Source: Cyanophora paradoxa CCMP329
Taxonomy: Eukaryota; Plantae; Glaucophyta
Assembly (NCBI GenBank): GCA_004431415.1
Contig: QPMI01000602.1
Coordinates: 205,804 to 269,803, forward strand
Reading direction: 5' to 3'
DNA length: 64,000 nt
Shown here: piece by piece, positions 23,916 through 33,573 of the stretch
How positions within the stretch are numbered: the first letter of the stretch is position 1
Layout of the letters: every line of letters begins with the position of its first letter
The notes under the pieces: generated by a model
Databases searched by the model: none
What the model was told of the DNA's origin: nothing
Seen by the model: the letters and a program-made list of their open reading frames with translations, nothing else
Program-made: the position numbers and the translations under genes

Positions 23916-26900
23916 TTAATTAAAAGGAACAGAATTAATACCATCTGGTAAGATGTATCTCTTTGCATCAAAGCAGTTTAGGGCAACCCTTCTACTTACA
24001 GTATCTATTATTGTGTGATCTGCCCTTCTCTTCTGCTTTGCAGTCACAGTCTTGCTGATACCTGCAAATAAACACTGCTTAAAATCATTAAATTGGAGTT
24101 CCTCAGTGGAAGTCCCAGAGAGCTTACTTCTCTCAATCTCAGCAGTTCTGAAACTGTAAACTTTTGCTCTCAGACCTACATACTCCAGTATTGCAGAGCC
24201 AGGCATTTCATTTTTGTATTTACCTGGGGTCATTCTGTTAGATCGCCCTAGGTCCAAGGCATAAGATATATTCTCTATATCTTTTTGTAAGGTCTTAGAT
24301 TCAATATATAGACAGAAGGAGTCAGTATCATGGAATAGTAACTTTGCTTTTGTCCATTGGGACCTTACAGTATCATAGAAGAACTGGTAATTATGCAGTT
24401 TGGCTGCATCCAAAACATAAGCCCCAATTGCAACAGGCTTATCTGGTTTCACATGCTTTGTGTAAAACTCAAAGGCAACTGCTTTTTCGTTTATGGGGCT
24501 TGTTGATTTCACCAATGGGGAAGCTGCATATTTCATAAATAGTTTCTCACTGTTTGCAATCTTAACCACAGATCTACCTCTACATGATTCAATGCATTTC
24601 CCATAGATTGAATTATTCATGAGCTTATAGAAATCAGCCTCGAATTTATTCACTGCTTTCCTTCTCATGTCAGTATTCAGCTCAATATAGGGTTTCATTA
24701 CAGGAGCCACAGTAAATGATAGGACCCTGTGAACTTTCTTTAATTTCACCCCTTTGTCCAACAGATATTGCAGAAGAGGCTCAGAAATCACATAGTTTGC
24801 CACAGAACCAAAGGTTGCAGTTAGCTTTGGGGTTTTATCAAGCTCTTCTCCTGAAAGATCTAAAAGGCTCTTTTGATATTGTGATAATTCGGCATAATCT
24901 ATTATTTTCTTGTTAATGATTAGGGGGAAATCACTGTGATCTAGAAACAGCCTAATTGGGTAATCCAGATCAACTTCCAGGAAACTGGATCTGTTATCTT
25001 GTGGGTTGAATTCGGTCTCCCATCTAAAATCACCAACTGGGATTGGCTGACTCAAACAGTAGCCATACAAGTTGTTAGCATCAAACAGCATAATGTGGGA
25101 GTTTTCACCATCAGCCTCAGCATACCTACAAGGCATTGTTGCAAAGCCACCCCTGATTCCCCTCTCAACAAATTCGTATTGCTCTACATCACTTATAAGC
25201 TCTATTTTTGCCTTGGTGGTCCTTAACATAGAATCCCAAGATAACCCAGGGGCAGATACATAATGAACTGGGTCAAGTCCATATACTGAGTGTGAAAGCC
25301 TTCTAAAAGCCTGGAATTTGTTCATTAACTCATCTACATCAGCAGCCCCAAAGTCCATGAAATTACTTGCATCAATGAACTTGTAAAGACCCCATTGCAA
25401 TGAAAGGTATTGATCAAAGTTTTTTGAGAGGATTTCGATTCGTTTTTTATCTCCCAAGCCTGCTATTTTTCTGAAAATGAATGTCCCACAGTCATCCATT
25501 TGGTCAACAACAACTGCAACTTTGGTTTGCTTTGAGATTCTCCTATGGAGATTGCAGTTTCTGCATGCAGGAGCAATGTAATGACCTGTGTGGTGGTCAT
25601 GATCTCTGCATTTAAAGTTTTCCTTGGTGAACCTCTCACTGCAAAGGTAACAGTGTTTGGTAGCTCTGTAAATTGCTTTCTGCTCATCTGTGAGTTCATT
25701 CATAGGAATATTGGTAAACAGAAAATCGATCAGTTCTCTTGCTTTGGACTCCAAGCATTCAAACAGACCTCCCATTGGATCATGCCCCTCAAATCGAAAA
25801 TCTTGAACATCTGCCCCAGTGACTATTCTAATGTTGACTGCTGAGACTTCCCTCTTGGATTTCGATGCATCAATGGGGATGCTTCTATGTGCAATCTTGC
25901 AGTAGACCACAACAGGAAGCCACACAGTTTTCCTGAGGTTTTTCAGTCCAAACTCTATGGTGGTCTCAGGTTTAGGGGTGATTCCCTTTGAGAGTCTCCA
26001 ATCAATGCATCTGTTTGAGTCCACATGAGCAGTGAGTTTAGCCTCAGACCTGAATCGAGATAAGCATGTGTCACAGTAGTGTAACTTTTGATCCTTGGTT
26101 TTATCAAGGGCAACTCTTAGAAGTCTTGAGAGTGACATAATAGTAATATAGTGACCATTCCCTTCATCATCATGAATGAGCATGAGATTAATCTTTTGCT
26201 TTCTGCCTGGGTTGCTGGATTGATGCAGTGGATATATAACATCTCCATCCATTCCAAAGATGTTTATGCTAATGCCTGCATTTTGAGCTTCGAATTTATC
26301 AATGATTTCAGCATCACAAGGAACAGGGAATGGGATATTGTCGAAATTGAGAGCCAAAGGATTGTATGTGGTTGGTGAGTATTTCCATTTGCGATATTGT
26401 GTAAGCTCACTTCTCTTGTGGGAATTTACATCTTTCCTATGGATCCATGCCAAAATGGCATTTTCAAAGCAAGAATCATCAATATTTCGAATATTCACTG
26501 TGGCTCTCTTGGCTGCAATTGATTCTGGTGTTTTAACATAGCAACCACCAGTTGGGGCATAACTCATAATAGCTACTCTGAGCATTTCGATTCTCTCAAG
26601 TCGATAGCTATCAACCACATTCATCTGCTCCTGACACATTTGGGCTGCTTTATTCAGCTCAGTTCGAATATTTCTCGATTTAGTTAATACAAAATAATCG
26701 CTGTAAACGTATTTCGATATCCAAACCTGTGGATTGCTGACTTTAACGAACTTGCAGATAAACGACAAGCGAACTTTGATTGCCCTGAATTGATCCAGAC
26801 TATCCCTTAAACGTTTTGGTAGAGAGGTTGCAATTCTATCTAAATATTCAATCACATCTACCACAACTTCCCTTCTGGCTCTGTATGTGAGCCAGCGATA

Positions 26901-27161
26901 TAATTCATTCATGGCTGTGCCATCTTCTGCCTCTGGTTCTATTTGCCTCAGGCGATCGAGTTCATCAAGAGTCTCAACTTTGTCATAGAGGTTATTGGCT
27001 TTTCTGGTTAATTTGGACAAAGTGGGTCTCCCCCTTGAAATAAATCCGATTTCGCGGTCATATTCAGCCTCAGTGATTTCATGGGCTGCATACAGTGTTC
27101 CCAGTAATCCCATGAGTTCCCATTTCTTCTCTCTAATGAGTCTGTTGCTAATTCGGGGCAT
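23916..27161 (-). CDS. Protein-primed family B DNA polymerase with embedded endonuclease VII-like zinc domain
   Basis: DANNLYG, KLMNNSIYGK, HDTDS, GLRAKVYS polymerase motifs; CYLC...RDHDHHTG...CRNCN; YGLDPVHY.SAPG. Confidence 0.95.
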   Translation of the reverse strand: MPRISNRLIREKKWELMGLLGTLYAAHEITEAEYDREIGFISRGRPTLSKLTRKANNLYDKVETLDELDRLRQIEPEAEDGTAMNELYRWLTYRARREVVVDVIEYLDRIATSLPKRLRDSLDQFRAIKVRLSFICKFVKVSNPQVWISKYVYSDYFVLTKSRNIRTELNKAAQMCQEQMNVVDSYRLERIEMLRVAIMSYAPTGGCYVKTPESIAAKRATVNIRNIDDSCFENAILAWIHRKDVNSHKRSELTQYRKWKYSPTTYNPLALNFDNIPFPVPCDAEIIDKFEAQNAGISINIFGMDGDVIYPLHQSSNPGRKQKINLMLIHDDEGNGHYITIMSLSRLLRVALDKTKDQKLHYCDTCLSRFRSEAKLTAHVDSNRCIDWRLSKGITPKPETTIEFGLKNLRKTVWLPVVVYCKIAHRSIPIDASKSKREVSAVNIRIVTGADVQDFRFEGHDPMGGLFECLESKARELIDFLFTNIPMNELTDEQKAIYRATKHCYLCSERFTKENFKCRDHDHHTGHYIAPACRNCNLHRRISKQTKVAVVVDQMDDCGTFIFRKIAGLGDKKRIEILSKNFDQYLSLQWGLYKFIDASNFMDFGAADVDELMNKFQAFRRLSHSVYGLDPVHYVSAPGLSWDSMLRTTKAKIELISDVEQYEFVERGIRGGFATMPCRYAEADGENSHIMLFDANNLYGYCLSQPIPVGDFRWETEFNPQDNRSSFLEVDLDYPIRLFLDHSDFPLIINKKIIDYAELSQYQKSLLDLSGEELDKTPKLTATFGSVANYVISEPLLQYLLDKGVKLKKVHRVLSFTVAPVMKPYIELNTDMRRKAVNKFEADFYKLMNNSIYGKCIESCRGRSVVKIANSEKLFMKYAASPLVKSTSPINEKAVAFEFYTKHVKPDKPVAIGAYVLDAAKLHNYQFFYDTVRSQWTKAKLLFHDTDSFCLYIESKTLQKDIENISYALDLGRSNRMTPGKYKNEMPGSAILEYVGLRAKVYSFRTAEIERSKLSGTSTEELQFNDFKQCLFAGISKTVTAKQKRRADHTIIDTVSRRVALNCFDAKRYILPDGINSVPFN

Positions 27162-27217
27162 TGTTCCTAACTTGTTCCTAATAAAAGGAGAGGTTTTAAA
27201 TGGGGTATTCTGAACAC

Positions 27218-27265
27218 AAAATTTGATGAAAACTACTTAAAGAAATATCTTCTATATATATAAAA
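27218..27265 (+). promoter_or_regulatory. Conserved upstream motif AAAA(T)TGA..TACTTAAAGA..TCTATATATAT (copy 1)
   Basis: Recurs before the ATGs at 27271, 28110, 28577 and partially 31124. Confidence 0.7.
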
Positions 27266-27270
27266 AGACA

Positions 27271-28053
27271 ATGGCAGAGAAGAGATCTTATTGCCTGGAA
27301 ATATTGAAAGCTGAACTTTTGAGAATATGTGGATCTGATAATTTCAATAATTATGTTGCTCTGGGTAGTAACAGAAAGCTGCTCCCCCTTTGGGCAAAAC
27401 TTGCCAAGTATGGATTAAGTGACACAGACCTGCCCCCAGAGTCTAAGAATTGCGCTTGCAATCATTATATTCAAGAGCAGTGCTATATTTTGCATGTGGA
27501 TAAAAAGATTGTGGTCATAGTTGGCAACTGCTGCATTAAACGATTTATGCCAAAGGGTGCCAGGGGTCAAGATATATGCGAAAAATGTGGAGATCGGCAT
27601 AAAAACCGAAAAGATAATTTCTGCAATAAGTGCAGGATTATCAGAAAGCAAGAGGAAGAAGAAAGACAAAAGCAGCTTGAAATAGAGAAAAGAGAGACAA
27701 GGCAGAGAGAATATGAAGAAGAAAGGGCAAGAAAGAAACATGCAGTGAACCTTTTCCTGATTTGGTGCAACCAGTTTATACCAAAAATGGATAATCTTCG
27801 CAGAGATGATATAGAGAGGTTCAGAGAGGGCAGATCTGCATTGATTGAAATGTATGCAGAACTCAGTACTACAAATACATTGGTTGCTGGGTTTCAGGTG
27901 CCATATCTTAAAAAGGATATTGCAAAAGGACTAGATTGCAGATGGAATAAGGACAAGAAAACATGGGAGACCTTGGAAATCGAACCATTTGTAGCATTGC
28001 TAGGTAAGCATTTCAAACTTATGTATATTGAGCGATTTGGACAAAGAGGTTAG
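27271..28053 (+). CDS. Cys-rich zinc-finger protein with C-terminal DUF5710-like motif
   Basis: CACNH...GNCCIKRF, CEKC..FCNKC, coiled coil, VPYLKKDIAKGLDCRWNKDKKTW. Confidence 0.65.
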   Translation: MAEKRSYCLEILKAELLRICGSDNFNNYVALGSNRKLLPLWAKLAKYGLSDTDLPPESKNCACNHYIQEQCYILHVDKKIVVIVGNCCIKRFMPKGARGQDICEKCGDRHKNRKDNFCNKCRIIRKQEEEERQKQLEIEKRETRQREYEEERARKKHAVNLFLIWCNQFIPKMDNLRRDDIERFREGRSALIEMYAELSTTNTLVAGFQVPYLKKDIAKGLDCRWNKDKKTWETLEIEPFVALLGKHFKLMYIERFGQRG

Positions 28054-28058
28054 AGAAC

Positions 28059-28090
28059 AAAAAATGATTTAAAGAATTCTCTATATATAT
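28059..28090 (+). promoter_or_regulatory. Conserved upstream motif (copy 2)
   Basis: AAAAAATGATTTAAAGAATTCTCTATATATAT before ATG 28110. Confidence 0.65.
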
Positions 28091-28109
28091 TAAGAGAGAA
28101 AGAGGAAAA

Positions 28110-28364
28110 ATGCCACTCAGTGAAGCGCAGAAGAGAGCTATGAAAAGATATCAGCAAACTGAAAAAGGTAAGGCTCAAATCAAAAAGTTTAACGAAAAAA
28201 TAGCCACACAGCTTAGAGATCTATATAACACTGATGACACCTATAGAGCCATGAAAATAGCAAGTTCATGTCAGCGAAAGTATGCAGCCAATGCAGTCTG
28301 CTTTGTCAAGTATTTGTATGATGTCCCTTACTCAAATCGAGGGAGAAAATCGAAACATGTCTAA
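28110..28364 (+). CDS. Small basic protein (SEAQKRA..RY), putative DNA-binding
   Basis: 84-aa ATG-initiated ORF preceded by the conserved motif. Confidence 0.65.
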   Translation: MPLSEAQKRAMKRYQQTEKGKAQIKKFNEKIATQLRDLYNTDDTYRAMKIASSCQRKYAANAVCFVKYLYDVPYSNRGRKSKHV

Positions 28365-28499
28365 ATTATTTTTCCCAGCATATTACTAGGCTGGGATATG
28401 CTGTTTATTCGCTGAAATACTACTTTATCGTTTTTGTATCTGAACCACTCGATATATGATGTGGATAAATTTCGTAGGGATACTTTCTCGATTTCCAAC

Positions 28500-28569
28500 A
28501 AAAAATGATTGGGGGACCCAAAACTACTTAAAGAAAAATCTTCTATATATATAAAAGGGACCCCCAATC
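28500..28569 (+). promoter_or_regulatory. Conserved upstream motif (copy 3) bracketed by a 13-bp inverted repeat
   Basis: GATTGGGGGACCC [AAAACTACTTAAAGAAAAATCTTCTATATATATAAAA] GGGACCCCCAATC. Confidence 0.7.
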
Positions 28570-28576
28570 GCTGAAA

Positions 28577-30903
28577 ATGAACGCCAAACAGACCAAGTTA
28601 ATTAAATCGCTCGCTAACTGGCTTCGTTCTGATGAGGAACTGTCCAAAAACATGATTATCCCTGTGAAACCTGACAGCAAAGACCCTGTTTTCAAGCATA
28701 AGGGAGGTGCTTGGTCCTGGGAAAAGTATGAGGAAGCGCTGGCAACTAATCAGTATGTATCTTGGGGCATTCTGCTCTCAGAAAACATGATGGTTATTGA
28801 CTTTGATGATGAGGAGAACTTCGAGAAATTCCGGGATATGTTTCCTGATGACTTTGATGCCAATCAACCCATGGCAAAAACTAAAAAAGGCTATCATGTC
28901 TACTTTAAACGACCTGAGGAGTTCAATAAACTCAAAATTACCGATACGGCTCCTGGCTTTAAAGGCTTTGAGAAGGTTGACCTGAAAACAATCACTGGAA
29001 CTGGAACTTCTGGATTAATTAATGTTTGTCCCAGTGTCAACAAGACCTGGGTAATTGCTCCATGGGATGATACCTGTGATTTCAATGAGCCTACTGATGA
29101 GTTTAAAAAGTGGATTGCAGAGAACTATATCTATAAGAGTGAGTATACTGCTAGTGCTAGCTCAAATGATGAACTGGAAAAGAGTATTCTTAAAGAGCTG
29201 GTGGATATGGGCTTTATGCATCCCAATATAATCTCTAAAACTGAACTGGGCTTTAACTTTGATGCTGCCAATAAGGGACTCAATTGCCCATGCTGCAATG
29301 GGTCACATGAATCGAATAACTGGTATGTTATGAAAGCCAAAGGGGAAGATAAAAAGTATATTGTGTCCAGCTACAGTGGCAATTGCAAAAAACGATTTAT
29401 CTTCATTGGAATGCAATCTGATATCTTCAATCTCATTGATAAATCCGCTGGCTCTGGAGGCGCTCATTATGATGTCAGTCTTGTGTGCAAAGAGGTCCTA
29501 CAACACACTTGGAGATACTCCAAAAAGTCATGGTTCAAACTCAATACTGATACTGGGATTTGGGAGCATGATGACACAAACCAAAAGATTTACCTAGATA
29601 TTAGTTGCCTTGTTGTCCCTCAATACCTTGGCAGGGCTGTGCATTATAGCCAAAGAGCTTTGAAGGATGAAGAGAATAGAACAGCTTTCGAAGAGAAATC
29701 GAAAACATTAATTTCTATTGCCAAAAATCTTAAACAATCAGGATATCGCAAATCCCTTCTGACTGATCTGCTCCCTCTGCTGAATGATGATGAGTTCTAT
29801 GAAAAGATTGATACAGTTCCATATGTAATTGGATTCGATAATGGTGTATTTGATCTGACAACTATGACTTTCAGAAAGGGTAAACTGGAAGATATGGTGA
29901 GCAAGAGTGTGGGTTATGATTTTACTGAGAATGTAGACCCCAAGAAAGTGGAGCATCTCAATCAGATTTATAGAGAGATTGTAGATGATCCAGCAGAGCG
30001 AAACTATCTTCTGGCATCTATTGCAATTGCTTTGAGTGGATCAACAAAATCACAGAAGTTCTATATGTGGACTGGTGCTGGTGCTAATGGTAAATCACTT
30101 GTTCAGGAATACTGCAAACAGATATCTGGGGCTTATTACAGCCCTCTCGAAATATCCTATTGGACCAAACCTAAGAAGAACTCATCAGATGCTACCCCTG
30201 AACTTGCCAAACTCCTGGGAAAGCGACTTGTATTCAGTAATGAGGCTGAAGATGGTGATAAACTGCAAATTTCCAAAATTAAGGAGGTCACAGGTGGAAA
30301 TGAAATGACTGTGAGAGCCTTGTTCAAAGACCCAGTAATCCTCACTCCAATGTTCCAGGTTTACATTACAACTAATGACAATTTGACTATAAATAAACCA
30401 GACTTTGCAATTCAAAGAAGGCTTTCATACCAGAGATTCAATAATATATTCAGAGAGAAGCCTGAAGCTGGTCAAAAGAAAGCTGACCCAACTCTGTTCA
30501 CACTTCTTCACAATGATGATGAGTATAAGATGGCTCACATGAAGATATTACTGGATATGTGGAAGAACAAAGAAGTTGAAGAGATCTTAAGAAATCCCCT
30601 CAATCGATTATTGAGCAGGGAATAAACTTTATAGCTGAAAATGACAAGATTGGTGAATGGCTTAGGGATAATTTCGAAGTTACCCATAATGCAAACGACT
30701 TTGTTTCGAGTGATACCATTTACAAATCATACAGAAGTGTCGATGATAAAGTTGAATGTGTTTCTGTGATGAAGAGAGTAAGGGAAATCTTCAATGTGAA
30801 ATCAGAGGTTAAACGAATTCAGGGAACCAGAGCAAGGGGCTACATTGGACTTCGAAAGATAACAAGGGTTCAAGAAGACAATGGAGAGGATGTTGAATAT
30901 TAA
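28577..30903 (+). CDS. PrimPol-type primase fused to D5-like SF3 helicase (one-base frameshift near 30598)
   Basis: VIDFD and TKKGYHVYF (PrimPol), CPCC...H zinc site, IGFDNGVFDL (D5_N), GAGANGKS Walker A, VFSNE Walker B. A -1 frame from 30601 continues QSIIEQG...RGYIGLRKI to TAA 30901-30903. Confidence 0.9.
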
Positions 30904-30963
30904 ACAAAACGATTTATGATTGAAATGTATATGTAATTTTTATAGCCTTACTGGAAATGGTGT

Positions 30964-31056
30964 TGTTCACAGGTGTCACAGGTCCATCCCATCTAGGGGG
31001 CTATAAAACGAAAAATGACCAGGGGACGATAAAAACCTGTGAACACCTGTGACACC
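30964..31056. repeat. Inverted iteron cassette 2, directly downstream of primase-helicase
   Basis: TGTTCACAGGTGTCACAGGTCCATCC ... ACCTGTGAACACCTGTGACACC; same motif and similar spacing as 21398-21487. Confidence 0.85.
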
Positions 31057-31123
31057 TATCGAAAAAGACCAAAATTTGACAAGAATACTTAAAGCTTACT
31101 TGATTGTGTATAGTGAAGACAAA

Positions 31124-31345
31124 ATGGCAAAGACTCTTGATGAGATGACCATGACTGAGTTAGATAAATGCATAAAGCATGGAGATATAGGGGCATATAT
31201 CGAAATGTCACAGAGATTGATAGGTTACAATATGTATGCAGCTAAACCAAAGAGAAATAGATCAGTAAACATTCACATTACTGTTTCAGTATCTGAGAAT
31301 GTAAACAAAAAACTACAAAAGCAAATTTACAAAGCTTATCTGTGA
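31124..31345 (+). CDS. Hypothetical viral protein (73 aa)
   Basis: ATG 31124 preceded by AAAATTTGA..TACTTAAAG. Confidence 0.55.
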   Translation: MAKTLDEMTMTELDKCIKHGDIGAYIEMSQRLIGYNMYAAKPKRNRSVNIHITVSVSENVNKKLQKQIYKAYL

Positions 31346-31438
31346 CTTGCAATTGATTGCAAGTATAAAGCCAATTCCTTTGTATATATTTTTATAGCTG
31401 CCTCAGTGGCATACTGAGACCGCTTTTTCTCGATTATC

Positions 31439-31684
31439 TTATAGACCTGGGGGTCCATTGCTACTATCAGTAGGCAAATAATATTTAATCGGTCTCCCTC
31501 TGGGTCTCTGCTCCTCTTTTTGGGCTTTTCTGCGATAATAGGATGCCAGGGCTTGCTGCTTTTTATACTCTCTATATGCTGGGTCCTCTCTATATCGTTT
31601 CTGCATTGCTAGTATGTGTCTGATAGAACCCTCAGTAACAGGTTCATCACTGGTAAACTCGATTAAACTAATAGTGTCCTCCAT
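31439..31684 (-). CDS. Small basic protein with AT-hook-like PRGRP
   Basis: YYRRKAQKEEQRPRGRPIKY. Confidence 0.6.
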   Translation of the reverse strand: MEDTISLIEFTSDEPVTEGSIRHILAMQKRYREDPAYREYKKQQALASYYRRKAQKEEQRPRGRPIKYYLPTDSSNGPPGL

Positions 31685-31940
31685 TTATATTCCCAGAGAA
31701 AACGTTTTCTGCTGGCAGAGAACTTCTCCTTGGATACTCCTGTTGCTCATATGTATACTCTGTGGGGTCTGCTGGCATTGACTCCACTGAAGCTGTTGAC
31801 CTCCTTCTTTCTCTTGCCTCAGATACATTATCCTCAGTATCTGACATCTCAAACTCTATTGTTGTGTCACAGCATCCACTGTGGCAATTGCTTACCACAT
31901 GCAGACTGAGCATCTCAATAAACTTTCGTATTATATCCAT
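31668..31940 (-). CDS. Hypothetical viral protein (CHSGCC motif)
   Basis: ATG-initiated ORF tiled within the minus-strand gene block. Confidence 0.55.
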   Translation of the reverse strand: MDIIRKFIEMLSLHVVSNCHSGCCDTTIEFEMSDTEDNVSEARERRRSTASVESMPADPTEYTYEQQEYPRRSSLPAENVFSGNINGGHY

Positions 31941-31962
31941 GTCTCTAATAAAACAGAGAAAA

Positions 31963-32697
31963 TTAAAGCCAAACTCGTCTTTTATATACTGTGGGAGCTA
32001 CTCCCTTTTCTACTTCAGCTTTAGTGGCACCAGGTTCAATGGTTCCCTTTTGGGTCTTTGTTTTCATTTCATCTACTGCTTGCTCATCGATTTGGGTCTC
32101 TTTCTTAGCAATAAACTGTTTATCTGGGACACCAGTAATGCCCATTTTATAAACTTCCTTTCGAAGCATCTCCTTTAGCTTAGCCCTCTCTTTCTTCTCA
32201 GTAACATACTGCTCCAAGGCACTGGATTTGGCTTCCAAGTCTTTGAGTTTAGCAGTCATCTCATCCCATTGAGCTTTGGGAATTCGATGAATATTTTGAG
32301 TGGGAGCAGTCTTATATGTGACTTCACCAGCCATAGACTGAATTACCTTGTCTGATTCCTTACTAAGACCTTCACCTTTGCGAGCCAGTGAAAGATCTTG
32401 CAAGCCTAGACCTTTATCATCAGCAGCACCAATAATTCGCCTGGCACCCTCAGCAACAGCTTTCATTTTTGAGGCTTCTGGTGAGATGTTGAGTTGGTCA
32501 CTGGTTGAAGCCTGTGGGGCTTTGTCATCGACTGATTCCTCATAGGCAGCATTAAGAGGGTCTTCTTCTTGTTGTGAGGGCTTCACCTCATTCATACCAT
32601 TGAACTTCAGTGGTTCAGTGTTAATGGATCCATTGTTTCCACCACCTGAATAGCCAACAGCCCCAGCTGGGATCCCTATTTTTCGTTTGGGAGGCAT
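31963..32697 (-). CDS. Hypothetical viral protein (244 aa, coiled coil; possible core protein)
   Basis: Intact ORF adjacent to the packaging ATPase. Confidence 0.65.
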   Translation of the reverse strand: MPPKRKIGIPAGAVGYSGGGNNGSINTEPLKFNGMNEVKPSQQEEDPLNAAYEESVDDKAPQASTSDQLNISPEASKMKAVAEGARRIIGAADDKGLGLQDLSLARKGEGLSKESDKVIQSMAGEVTYKTAPTQNIHRIPKAQWDEMTAKLKDLEAKSSALEQYVTEKKERAKLKEMLRKEVYKMGITGVPDKQFIAKKETQIDEQAVDEMKTKTQKGTIEPGATKAEVEKGVAPTVYKRRVWL

Positions 32698-32725
32698 TGT
32701 ATCTTTATTAGAATGAGAGATAATT

Positions 32726-33508
32726 TTATAAACCGCGTTTATATCTCATCAATTTATTGCTATGGATTTGGCTTTTCACTTCTTTAGGGGCTTCCTCTTT
32801 CTCTGGTGGTTTCAGTTCATCTTCTTTCTTTTTTGGCTTTCTGTGGAAGCGAGGAAATGGGAAATCTTTCACAAGCTCAGCTTTATCTACATAGTATTTA
32901 ACTGAGTAGTTTGCAGAGGACCAAATAATATACTGATAGGAGTGAACATACTCTTCAAACATCTTGTAAAAATCCTCTTTATTTCGCATTATATTGTATT
33001 CTTCCTCTATGGCTTCCAGTTCTTTGCGATTTGCAGCACTTAAAAACATAGCATAGTCCGAATTAACTCGAATTGTTGAAGAAACCTTACGCAGTTTCTG
33101 AGTTATGCAAAAAATGCTTATTTGGGAATGGCGCCCACGCGAATACAGAGATCCTATTATTTTATCCCTGGTCAAATCGACTATTTCATTATCGATTAAA
33201 TCATCTAAAACCACACATAACTGATTAACAGGTTCTCCCTTTTCTATTTTCTCTTGCCTCTCATCTAGCAATTTAGCAATGTAAGGGGCATCCCATTTTC
33301 CCAGTTGCAGTGTTGCCACTTTATCCCAGAAATGATTGAAGCTGGTTCCACTCACAACTAATACAACATCAATCTTTTTGGCATCATGCAGTTGCTTCAA
33401 CCAATACTTTACAGCTTCTGATTTACCAGTGGCAGACTTGCCAATTGCTAATACACGAAATGGTGGTTCTATCATTTCACCAGCCACAAATTCATCCAAA
33501 TCATTCAT
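32726..33508 (-). CDS. A32-like (FtsK/HerA) DNA packaging ATPase
   Basis: IGKSATGKS Walker A, VVLDD Walker B, RGRH arginine motif, ITQ...IRVN. Confidence 0.93.
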   Translation of the reverse strand: MNDLDEFVAGEMIEPPFRVLAIGKSATGKSEAVKYWLKQLHDAKKIDVVLVVSGTSFNHFWDKVATLQLGKWDAPYIAKLLDERQEKIEKGEPVNQLCVVLDDLIDNEIVDLTRDKIIGSLYSRGRHSQISIFCITQKLRKVSSTIRVNSDYAMFLSAANRKELEAIEEEYNIMRNKEDFYKMFEEYVHSYQYIIWSSANYSVKYYVDKAELVKDFPFPRFHRKPKKKEDELKPPEKEEAPKEVKSQIHSNKLMRYKRGL

Positions 33509-33573
33509 TGTTGTATATCTTTCTAAATAAATACAGATAAAAATAATGCAGAGAGACTGAATATCGTAACAAT

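Noticed and set aside
30590-30625. Programmed -1 frameshift in the helicase
   Set aside because: No canonical X XXY YYZ slippery heptamer at the site; a missing C in a C-run is simpler and matches errors elsewhere.
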